A stretch of DNA of 64,000 nt from Candidatus Omnitrophota bacterium (GTDB lineage Bacteria; Omnitrophota; Gorgyraeia; Gygaellales; Profunditerraquicolaceae): contig JAHIKK010000034.1 in the NCBI GenBank assembly GCA_018897555.1, positions 4,527 to 68,526 of the forward strand. The letters run 5' to 3'. Numbering within the stretch: position 1 is the first letter of the stretch; each line of letters starts with the position of its first letter. Made by a program: the position numbers and the translations under genes. The notes under the pieces are model-generated. The model worked only from the letters and a program-made list of their open reading frames with translations. It did not search any database and was not told where the DNA came from. This document shows positions 27,955-36,058 of the stretch, one piece after another.

Positions 27955-29286
27955 ATGGCGCTTTCGGGTCTGGATATTTATAAATTATTGCCTAAAACAA
28001 ATTGCCGCCAGTGTGGTTTTGCCACCTGCCTGGCTTTTGCCATGCAGCTGGCCAAGAAAACAGTGGCGATTGAAAAATGCCCTTTTATTTCGCCGGAGGC
28101 TAAAAGTATTTTGGAAGCCCAGGCATTGCCGGCGATTAAATTAATTACTTTAGGCAGCCAGGAATCGAAATTTGATATTGGTAATGAAACGGTAATGTTC
28201 AGGCACGAAGAGAAATTCCGTAATCCGGCGGGAGTTGGTTTTATTATTGAGGATGGCCTAAGCGACACCGAAATAAGAGAGCGGCTTAGGAAAATTAATC
28301 AATTAAAATTCGAACGCGTAGGCCAACAGCTAAGCGTTAATCTGGTTGCCCTAAAGCAAAATAAGGATGCCTCCAGGTACCTGGAGGCGGTGAAATTGCT
28401 TCTGGATAATACAACTTTGCCGATGATGCTGATGAGCAAGGATTTGGCTGCTTTAAAACAAGCGGTAATTATCAGCCAAGAGCGTAAGCCGCTGCTTTAT
28501 TCCGCGCAACAGGAAAATTTCGCGCAAATCGGTGCTTTAGCTAAAGAATTTCAGCTGCCTTTGGTAGTAATGGCGCAGGATATTGACCAACTCCGCCGGC
28601 TGACCAAAGAACTTAACGGCTTAGGAGTAAACGAACTGATTTTAGATACCGGAATAAAGCCTTTGGCGGATAAAATCTGGGATTTAACCCAACTCCGCCG
28701 GCAGGCGCTGAAGAGATCAAATCGCGCATTGGGTTATCCCACCCTGGCCATCGTTGAGCAAACTGACCCTTATCTAGAGGCAATGGAGGCAGGCGCTTAT
28801 ATCGCTAAATATGCGGGATTAGTTTTGATTAAGGGATGGTCTAGTTGGGAAGTCCTTTCAATTTTGACCTTGCGGCAAAATATTTATACTGATCCGCAGA
28901 AACCTTTACAGATTGATCCTAAGCTTTACTCCGTTGGGCAGGTAAACCGGGATTCTCCGGTTCTGGTTACCACTAACTTTTCTTTAAGTTATTATACTGT
29001 TTTAGGAGAGGTAGAGGCCAGTAAAATACCCGCATACATCTTAAGCGTCGATACCCAGGGCATGTCTGTGCTTACGGCCTGGGCCGCGGAAAAATTTAAT
29101 GCCGAGGCAATTACAAAATCATTAGAAACCTGCGGGGTAAAAGAGGTAATCCGGCATAAGGATTTAATTATTCCCGGTTATGTTGCCATGATCAGCGGAG
29201 ACCTCCAAGATCAATCAGGGTTTAGAATAATTGTCGGCCCTAAAGAAGCAGCCGGGATCCCCGCGTTTTTAAAAAAACTTAATTAA
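27955..29286 (+). CDS. acsC: Corrinoid iron-sulfur protein, large (gamma) subunit
   Basis: LPKTNCRQCGFATCLAFA..CP 4Fe-4S motif; LRQNIYTDPQKP, TTNFSLSY and SVLTAWAA. Confidence 0.95.
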   Translation: MALSGLDIYKLLPKTNCRQCGFATCLAFAMQLAKKTVAIEKCPFISPEAKSILEAQALPAIKLITLGSQESKFDIGNETVMFRHEEKFRNPAGVGFIIEDGLSDTEIRERLRKINQLKFERVGQQLSVNLVALKQNKDASRYLEAVKLLLDNTTLPMMLMSKDLAALKQAVIISQERKPLLYSAQQENFAQIGALAKEFQLPLVVMAQDIDQLRRLTKELNGLGVNELILDTGIKPLADKIWDLTQLRRQALKRSNRALGYPTLAIVEQTDPYLEAMEAGAYIAKYAGLVLIKGWSSWEVLSILTLRQNIYTDPQKPLQIDPKLYSVGQVNRDSPVLVTTNFSLSYYTVLGEVEASKIPAYILSVDTQGMSVLTAWAAEKFNAEAITKSLETCGVKEVIRHKDLIIPGYVAMISGDLQDQSGFRIIVGPKEAAGIPAFLKKLN

Positions 29287-29302
29287 AGTTAAATTTTAAT
29301 TT

Positions 29303-30931
29303 ATGCAAAAATTTAAGGTTACATTTCTTCCTGATCATTTAACGATTACTGCGGAAAAGGATAGCTCCATTCTTACCGCGGCTATCTCCGCGGGGATTTA
29401 TCTTAATTCTAACTGCGCCGGAGATGGAACTTGCGGCGGATGCAAGGTGATCGTTAATCAGGGGCAAGTCAAAAGCCAACCCAACGGAATAATCACCGCG
29501 CAAGAGAAAAAAAATAATCTCTATTTGGCCTGTTTGACCGCTATCCAGAGTGATTTAGAGATTTTAATACCGGATAGTTCACGGATGGATAAAGATATCC
29601 AAACCGATAACTTAGGAGGCGATGCTACGATTGAACCCGGGGATACTCTAGGTAAAAACTTCGGGCTTTGTTTTGATATCGGCACGACGACAATTTCCGG
29701 ACAGCTGGTAAATCTGAATTCAAAAAAAATCCTGGGAACCAAAACCGCTTATAACCGGCAGGCTGCTTTTGGCAGTGATGTAATTACGCGGATTGTCTAT
29801 GCGGCTAAAACCGGCGGTTTAGAAAAATTACATAACGCCCTTAGCGGTACGATGAATCAAATTATCCGGGAGTTAGTCAGCGAGCATAAGGTTGATCTTA
29901 ATGCTGTTAACTGTATTGTTTGTTCGGGAAATACGACGATGATGCATCTGCTTTTAAGCCTGGATCCGGCGCATATCCGCCGGCAGCCGTATGTTCCTCC
30001 GGCAAATTTTCCGTCGGTTTTGCGCGCCGCGGAAGCAGGGATACAGATTAGCCCTCAAGGACTGCTCAGTTGCGTTCCCGGAGTTTCCGGTTATCTGGGC
30101 GGGGATGCAATCGCCGGAGTCTTATCCAGCGGCATATATCAAAAAGAAGAGACCTGTATTTTAATTGATATCGGGACAAACGGAGAGATTGTCTTAGGTA
30201 ATCGGGATTTTCTGGTCGCCTGCGCGGGATCGGCCGGGCCGGCTTTTGAAGGCAGCGGGGTAACCAGCGGCATGCGCGCCTCCAGCGGGGCAATTCAAAA
30301 AGTAAGTATCAATAAAAATGATTTTAGCGTTAAGTATTCGACGATTCAGGATAAAATACCCCGGGGGATTTGCGGATCAGGTTATATTGATTTACTCAGC
30401 GAAATGTTAACCTCCGGAATAATCGATAAAAGTGGAAAGATCAAGGTTACGGGTAAACGCATCCGCTCTAGCGATAATGGCCGGGAATTTGTGGTTTGTT
30501 TTAAAGAAGAGATCCGGGCGCAAGCGGATATTGTGATTAACGAGGCAGACATTGAAAATCTTAAGCGTTCTAAGGGAGCGATATATTCAGCTTGCGCTAT
30601 TTTAGTTAAACATTTAGCTTTGGAATTTTCTGCTATCTCGAAGATATTTATTGCCGGTGGGTTCGGTACCTACCTGGATATCGAAAAAGCAATCCGCATC
30701 GGATTATTGCCGGATTTAGAGCGTTCTAAATTTATTTTTATCGGGAATAGTTCTTTGGCCGGCTCCCGGGAAATACTTTTATCCAGCCAGGCTCAGGCGA
30801 TGGCGGAGGCGCTTGCTTTAAAGATTACTTATTTTGAATTATCGATGGACTCAGACTATATGGAAGAATATAGCCAGGCGTTATTTTTCCCGCATACAGA
30901 TTTGACTAAGTTTCCTACGGTGAAATTTTAA
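29303..30931 (+). CDS. Reductive activator of corrinoid protein (RACo, ASKHA ATPase with N-terminal 2Fe-2S)
   Basis: CAGDGTCGGC..LAC ferredoxin; DIGTTT, FGSDVITRI, DIGTNGE, AGPAFEG and GICGSG motifs. Confidence 0.92.
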   Translation: MQKFKVTFLPDHLTITAEKDSSILTAAISAGIYLNSNCAGDGTCGGCKVIVNQGQVKSQPNGIITAQEKKNNLYLACLTAIQSDLEILIPDSSRMDKDIQTDNLGGDATIEPGDTLGKNFGLCFDIGTTTISGQLVNLNSKKILGTKTAYNRQAAFGSDVITRIVYAAKTGGLEKLHNALSGTMNQIIRELVSEHKVDLNAVNCIVCSGNTTMMHLLLSLDPAHIRRQPYVPPANFPSVLRAAEAGIQISPQGLLSCVPGVSGYLGGDAIAGVLSSGIYQKEETCILIDIGTNGEIVLGNRDFLVACAGSAGPAFEGSGVTSGMRASSGAIQKVSINKNDFSVKYSTIQDKIPRGICGSGYIDLLSEMLTSGIIDKSGKIKVTGKRIRSSDNGREFVVCFKEEIRAQADIVINEADIENLKRSKGAIYSACAILVKHLALEFSAISKIFIAGGFGTYLDIEKAIRIGLLPDLERSKFIFIGNSSLAGSREILLSSQAQAMAEALALKITYFELSMDSDYMEEYSQALFFPHTDLTKFPTVKF

Positions 30932-30945
30932 AGGGGAGAGCAAAT

Positions 30946-31887
30946 ATGGAAACACAATTAGTGCTGGAGAAATGGCCGGGAGTAGTTTCGACGGTAGTTA
31001 TCGGAGCGAAAAAAGAAGCGGGTGGTTCGCGCGGCAATACTGTAACCATTGGCGGGCAAAACAGTTTACCTTTATTATTTAAAGAGGGAGCTATTCCCCA
31101 TAAACCCATAATTGCTTTTGAAATCTGGGATATTGCCCCGCAAGACTGGCCGGATGAGCTGATTTCTGCTTACGGAAAAGCCATAAATGACCCCTTGGCC
31201 TGGGCGGAAAAATGCGTAAATGAATTTAAAGCAGAATTACTCTGCGTAAAAATGCAGGGAACGCATCCTGATTTTGGCAATAAAAGCCCTGAAAAAGCGG
31301 CAAAGTTTATTTCTTTATTATTAAGTAAGGTTAGGGTTCCTTTAATTATTATCGGAAGCGGGGATGACGCCAAAGATAACCTGATTCTGCCGGCTTGTTC
31401 AGAGGCAGCCAGGGGAGAGCGTTGCCTGATAGGTTGCGCGGTACAAGATAATTATAAAACTTTAGTGGCCAGCGTATTAGCTGACGGCCATAGTATTATT
31501 GCTGAAAGCCCGATAGATATTAATATTGCCAAACAGTTAAATATTTTAATCTCCGACATGGGATTAAGCTTGGAGCGCATTGTAATTAATCCGACGATCG
31601 GAGCATTAGGGTATGGCCTGGAATACGCTTATTCCATTATGGAGAGGGCCAGGCTGGCTGCTTTGTCCGGAGATAAAACTTTAGCTTCACCGTTTATTTG
31701 TTTTATCGGCCAGGAGGCCTGGAAGTCCAAAGAGGCAAGAGTCAGTGTTGAACAGGGAATTATCTGGGAAGCGCTTACCGCCACCAGCCTGATTCAATCC
31801 GGAACGGACCTTTTGATTATGCGCCACCCTCAAGCCGCGCAAAAAGTAAATAATTATATAGAAAATTTATTCAAGGACAAGGAGTAG
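30946..31887 (+). CDS. acsD: Corrinoid iron-sulfur protein, small (delta) subunit
   Basis: SPIDINIAKQLNI and GALGYGLEYAYSIMERARLAAL.GD motifs. Confidence 0.94.
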   Translation: METQLVLEKWPGVVSTVVIGAKKEAGGSRGNTVTIGGQNSLPLLFKEGAIPHKPIIAFEIWDIAPQDWPDELISAYGKAINDPLAWAEKCVNEFKAELLCVKMQGTHPDFGNKSPEKAAKFISLLLSKVRVPLIIIGSGDDAKDNLILPACSEAARGERCLIGCAVQDNYKTLVASVLADGHSIIAESPIDINIAKQLNILISDMGLSLERIVINPTIGALGYGLEYAYSIMERARLAALSGDKTLASPFICFIGQEAWKSKEARVSVEQGIIWEALTATSLIQSGTDLLIMRHPQAAQKVNNYIENLFKDKE

Positions 31888-31889
31888 AG

Positions 31890-32678
31890 ATGTTTATCAT
31901 TGGTGAGTTAATTAACGGAATGTACACGAATATCGCTTTGGCGCTTAAGGATCACGACAAAAAAATCGTGCAGACTTGCGCGTTAGAACAAATTGCCAGT
32001 GGCGCGGATGCCCTGGATGTATGCTGCGGGCCGGCTTCCCAAAATCCCTTAATCGATATGCCCTGGCTGGTGGAGGTAATTCAGGAGGTAACCGATAAAC
32101 CGCTTTGCCTGGATTCCAGTAAGCCTAAAGTTATTGCCGAAGGCCTAAAAGCTGCTAAAAATAAAACGATAATTAATTCTACGACCGCCGATGCGGAAAA
32201 GTTAGAGATACTTATTCCGCTGGCTAAAAAATATAAATCTAAGCTCATCGGAATAACCATCAGCGCCGCAGGTATACCCCAGAATAAAGATCAACGCCTG
32301 GAGTTAGCGGCAATAATCCTTACGCATGCCACTGATGGAGAATTTCCCATTACCGATTTGTATCTTGACCCAATCGTTATGCCGGTGAATGTAGCTCAAG
32401 GCCAAATTAAAGATATCCTGTTAACCATTGCTGAGCTTAAAATAATCTCCGAGCCTAGCCCGAAAACAATTATCGGCTTAAGCAATATTTCTCAAGGCGC
32501 GAAAGTGCGCAGCCTGATTAACCGCACATTTTTGACAATGGCAGTTGCATCCGGATTAGATTCTGCTATACTTGACCCTAAAGATAAAGAGCTGATGGAC
32601 ACCTTAATTACCGCAGAGCTTATCTTAAATAAAAATATTTATTGCGATTCGTATTTAGAGGCTTATCGAAAAAAGTAA
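31890..32678 (+). CDS. acsE: Methyltetrahydrofolate:corrinoid protein methyltransferase
   Basis: IIGELING, PLCLDS, INST, LDP, GLSNIS and LINRTFL (pterin-binding TIM barrel); follows acsD. Confidence 0.93.
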   Translation: MFIIGELINGMYTNIALALKDHDKKIVQTCALEQIASGADALDVCCGPASQNPLIDMPWLVEVIQEVTDKPLCLDSSKPKVIAEGLKAAKNKTIINSTTADAEKLEILIPLAKKYKSKLIGITISAAGIPQNKDQRLELAAIILTHATDGEFPITDLYLDPIVMPVNVAQGQIKDILLTIAELKIISEPSPKTIIGLSNISQGAKVRSLINRTFLTMAVASGLDSAILDPKDKELMDTLITAELILNKNIYCDSYLEAYRKK

Positions 32679-32687
32679 GAGAAGTTT

Positions 32688-32761
32688 GACGGCGTAGCTC
32701 AGCCTGGTAGAGCAAGCGGCTCATACCCGCTCGGTCAGTGGTCCAACTCCACTCGCCGTCA
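32688..32761 (+). tRNA. tRNA-Met(CAT), elongator type, with atypical T-loop
   Basis: Acceptor GACGGCG/CGCCGTC-A; anticodon arm AGCGG-CT-CAT-AC-CCGCT; T-arm AGTGG-TCCAACT-CCACT. Confidence 0.85.
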
Positions 32762-32914
32762 CTTTTTTATTTTGGATATTGTGTTTTAGAGTAATTGGGG
32801 CTAGTAAAATTAAACAGAAGAGGATAAGCCATAAAAAATTCAATATAAAATAATATCTAACTTATTGTAATACAACAAGTTACAATCCTTCCGAAAAAGA
32901 ATTTCTCTCCGTAC

Positions 32915-32943
32915 TTGAAAAGCCCTCCGGGATATGTTACATT
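32915..32943 (+). promoter_or_regulatory. Putative sigma-70 promoter for the lytic transglycosylase gene
   Basis: TTGAAA-N17-TACATT with an extended -10 TG. Confidence 0.45.
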
Positions 32944-33001
32944 TAATCTTAATGTGTTTTACAGCCAGTAATACAAAATATCTATTGCAAGGAGAAGGTA
33001 A

Positions 33002-33565
33002 ATGCTAAAAAACATATTTTTGTCGCAAGTTACTAAACACTTTGTAAAAGTATTTAAGTTAGCTTTGCTAATACTGCCTATTTTCTTTGTCCCTATCTTT
33101 ATTTACCGGTTGTCTTTTGCCTTTATCGATTTCAAGGCAATACTGCCGGCTGCGCCTGCATACGCGATGATAGAGATTAGGCCGGAATTACTTGAAGCTC
33201 TTATTCAGGTAGAGAGCTCAAATAACCCCCGCGCCTATAACCACCACACCAAAGCCAGGGGGCTTACCCAGATTACGCCGATTACCTGGAGAGAACTGCG
33301 TAAGCAGTATAGTTCTAAATACGCTAATCTTAACTTCTGGGAGGATATGCCTAAAGCGCAGGTAGCCAGGGAAGCCGGAACAGACTATCTTTATCTCCTG
33401 CAGAAGATTTTAAAAGCCAAGGGCATTCCGGTAACCCTGGATAATTTGCTTGCCGCTTATGTCTGGGGGCCGAACAACCTGGCAAAAAACGGCCTGCACA
33501 ACGCCCCCCGGGTCGTCAAAAATTACGTATCCAAGGTTAAAAGGCTAGCCCAAGCCAGCGATTAA
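33002..33565 (+). CDS. Membrane-anchored lytic transglycosylase (SLT domain)
   Basis: N-terminal hydrophobic segment; ALIQVESS (catalytic Glu), ARGLTQI and LAAYVWGP. Confidence 0.82.
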   Translation: MLKNIFLSQVTKHFVKVFKLALLILPIFFVPIFIYRLSFAFIDFKAILPAAPAYAMIEIRPELLEALIQVESSNNPRAYNHHTKARGLTQITPITWRELRKQYSSKYANLNFWEDMPKAQVAREAGTDYLYLLQKILKAKGIPVTLDNLLAAYVWGPNNLAKNGLHNAPRVVKNYVSKVKRLAQASD

Positions 33566-33577
33566 ACCAGCTGGATT

Positions 33578-34855
33578 TTAATTACTTTTTAAGATTTTCT
33601 TGGCGAGTTTTTCGATAATCAAAGAGGTAAGAATAAATACGCCTGCTTCAGTAAACACCGTGGCTAAAGCTGCCCCTACGTAAGAGAATTGGTGTATAAG
33701 TATAAATATAAGCGGTAAGCCGGTGAGCGCGGCGGCAATATGAATCTTGGCGTAGAGATCCTGTTTACCGCAGACAAGCAGAAACTGCACTTTAAAGTTA
33801 TTCGCCCCCACAAAAAATACCGCGGCTAACAAAAGGCGCAAAGCAAACACTACTTCTTTATAAGCAACTCCGCAAGCAATCTGAATAATCCAGGGAGCAA
33901 TAAAATAAGCAATCGGCAGGCTGACCACAAAGCCCAGGGTTATGCCATCCTGGATCCTGAACATTATCGCTACTGCCCGCTGCTTATTTTTTGCGAAAAC
34001 ATTGCTGATCCGGGGATATACTGCCCGAGTAAATGAATCCATGGGAAAGGTCTGAATAATATTGGCGATTCTTTCGGCAAGAGAATAGTATCCGGTAATC
34101 ACGTTATTGGTAAGTAACCCCACCGCAAAAATCCGGGTAGTGGTGTAGGCATTAACCGCTAAAATAGAAATAAAAATATCCCAGCCCGTTCTCAGCTCCC
34201 TTTTTATATCCACATATTTCTGTAAAATAAATTCCAGGCGAAATTTCCTAAAAGCAATATAGAGCCCGAGTATCCCGCTGATTATAGAGAGGATTGAGTT
34301 TAATAGCGGCACCAGGAGAAAATCTCCCGGACCCTTTATAAAAATAAAAATACAAATCGCGTAGGCTAAGCCGCTGATTACGTTCACCACGGCAATATAA
34401 CTCATTTTTTCTTTCCCCTGAAAAAACCAGACCGGAAATAAAGTACTGCCGACTACGGCGCCAAAGCTATAGATATACACCAGCCAATCGTTTCTGAATT
34501 TCGGCACAAAATAGAGAATCGCGCAAAGGATGATAAGGCTTATCCCGGCAAAGATCAACTTTACCGTCATTACCGATGAAAATATCGCGCTGGTCTTTCC
34601 CTTGTGTTCTCCGATCAGGGAAATTGTTTTGGTTGCCGAAAGGCTAAAACCGTAGTCGGTTAAGATCAGGAAATATTGCACCAGGCTCTGGGCAAAAGCA
34701 ATCAGGCCGAATTTTTCCATGCCGATTACCCGGATCAGATACGGAAGGACAACTAAAGGCAGGATATAACTAATACTCTGGAGAGTGGTAAGGGAAATAA
34801 AATTTCCCAGGACAATTTTTCTTTCTTTGTGGGTGACGATTTTTTTCTGAGCCAT
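33578..34855 (-). CDS. Wzx/RfbX-type polysaccharide flippase
   Basis: Many TM helices; LPYLIRVIG.EKFG, LTDYGF and PVWFFQG.EKM motifs. Confidence 0.88.
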   Translation of the reverse strand: MAQKKIVTHKERKIVLGNFISLTTLQSISYILPLVVLPYLIRVIGMEKFGLIAFAQSLVQYFLILTDYGFSLSATKTISLIGEHKGKTSAIFSSVMTVKLIFAGISLIILCAILYFVPKFRNDWLVYIYSFGAVVGSTLFPVWFFQGKEKMSYIAVVNVISGLAYAICIFIFIKGPGDFLLVPLLNSILSIISGILGLYIAFRKFRLEFILQKYVDIKRELRTGWDIFISILAVNAYTTTRIFAVGLLTNNVITGYYSLAERIANIIQTFPMDSFTRAVYPRISNVFAKNKQRAVAIMFRIQDGITLGFVVSLPIAYFIAPWIIQIACGVAYKEVVFALRLLLAAVFFVGANNFKVQFLLVCGKQDLYAKIHIAAALTGLPLIFILIHQFSYVGAALATVFTEAGVFILTSLIIEKLAKKILKSN

Positions 34856-34891
34856 TATTCATAATTTACACTTTAAGCCGAATAAAGTCAA

Positions 34892-34942
34892 TAAAAACTA
34901 GGGGACGGTTACAGTAGGGGAGGTTTAAACCTCCCCTACTGT
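34892..34942. repeat. Half copy of family A fused to a GTAG-type REP-like perfect palindrome
   Basis: TAAAAACTAGGGGACGGTT (34892-34910) followed by the 32-bp perfect palindrome ACAGTAGGGGAGGTTTAAACCTCCCCTACTGT (34911-34942). Confidence 0.85.
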
Positions 34943-35002
34943 TGAAAATCAACAAGAATTTAAAAATGAGACTTTCGGTGTTTTTATGGTAAAATAATTC
35001 CC

Positions 35003-35962
35003 ATGAACAAATTCATGGAAACAATTAAAAAATACAACCTGATCCAACCAGGGGATAAAATCCTGATCGGAGTTTCCGGAGGGCCGGATTCACTGGCGTT
35101 ACTCTTGAAACTTTTTAGCCTGAAATCCAAGTTCGGCTTAACTTTACATATCGCGCATTTGGATCATGGTTTACGTAAGGACTCCGGCGCGGATGCGCTT
35201 TTTGTAAAACGCTGGGGCCAAAAGCTTAACCTCCCCGTAACCATAAAACAGCTGCCTTACCCGCTGGTTAAAGCCAAAGGCTCTTTAGAAGAATTCTTCC
35301 GGGAAGAAAGATTAAAATTTTTTAGGCAAACTGCAAAAACCATAAAAGCGGATAAGATTGCCTTGGGGCACAATCTTGACGATCAAGCCGAAACGGTGTT
35401 GATGCGCCTGTTACGCGGTACCGGTTTATCCGGTTTATCCGGAATATCCGCCAAAAGAGAGATCCGGGGTGTAGTGTTTATCCGGCCATTCCTGGAAACC
35501 CCGCGCCGCCAAATCGATAAATTTTTAAAGAACAGGGGGATAAAACCACGCCTTGACTCTACTAACCGGGAAGATATCTTCCTGCGCAACAAGATCCGTC
35601 ATCAATTAATTCCTTTGCTTAAGGCTAAATATAATATTAACATCCTAAAGGTATTGGCTAACCTGGCCCAAAGTGTTTCCTATGATTATGAATATCTGGA
35701 TCAGGCTGCTAAACGCGCCTTAAAAGGCAACCCCTCGCGGCTTAATCTTAAAAAAATCATGAAATTGCATCCGGCAATCCTGCGCCTCAAACTGCGCCAA
35801 TCCATATCTTCTATCCAGGGAGATACGCGCAGAATAAGCTTTCAGCATATCAAAGAGCTTGAGGATTTAATTTTTGCCCGTCCGCGCGGTTCAATTGTGG
35901 ATTTGCCCAAAGGAATATTTGTGCAAAAATCCCGCAACAGCCTGCTTTTCTTAAAGCGCTAA
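35003..35962 (+). CDS. tilS: tRNA(Ile)-lysidine synthetase (short form)
   Basis: PP-loop SGGPDS; HLDHGLR, GHNLDDQAETVL and RNKIRH motifs. Confidence 0.95.
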   Translation: MNKFMETIKKYNLIQPGDKILIGVSGGPDSLALLLKLFSLKSKFGLTLHIAHLDHGLRKDSGADALFVKRWGQKLNLPVTIKQLPYPLVKAKGSLEEFFREERLKFFRQTAKTIKADKIALGHNLDDQAETVLMRLLRGTGLSGLSGISAKREIRGVVFIRPFLETPRRQIDKFLKNRGIKPRLDSTNREDIFLRNKIRHQLIPLLKAKYNINILKVLANLAQSVSYDYEYLDQAAKRALKGNPSRLNLKKIMKLHPAILRLKLRQSISSIQGDTRRISFQHIKELEDLIFARPRGSIVDLPKGIFVQKSRNSLLFLKR

Positions 35963-35975
35963 ATCTATAAAATAC

Positions 35976-36004
35976 TTGATTTTACACATTTTTCAGGATA
36001 CAAT
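35976..36004 (+). promoter_or_regulatory. Putative sigma-70 promoter for ftsH
   Basis: TTGATT-N17-TACAAT. Confidence 0.55.
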
Positions 36005-36058
36005 AATAATCTAAATTCACTAATCGTTTAAGCGATTTTTTAAACCCGGAGAAATTAA

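Noticed and set aside
27955-29286. AcsC as mercury methylase HgcA
   Set aside because: It has the N-terminal 4Fe-4S domain and SVLTAWAA rather than the NVWCAAGK cap helix, with no TM domain and no hgcB
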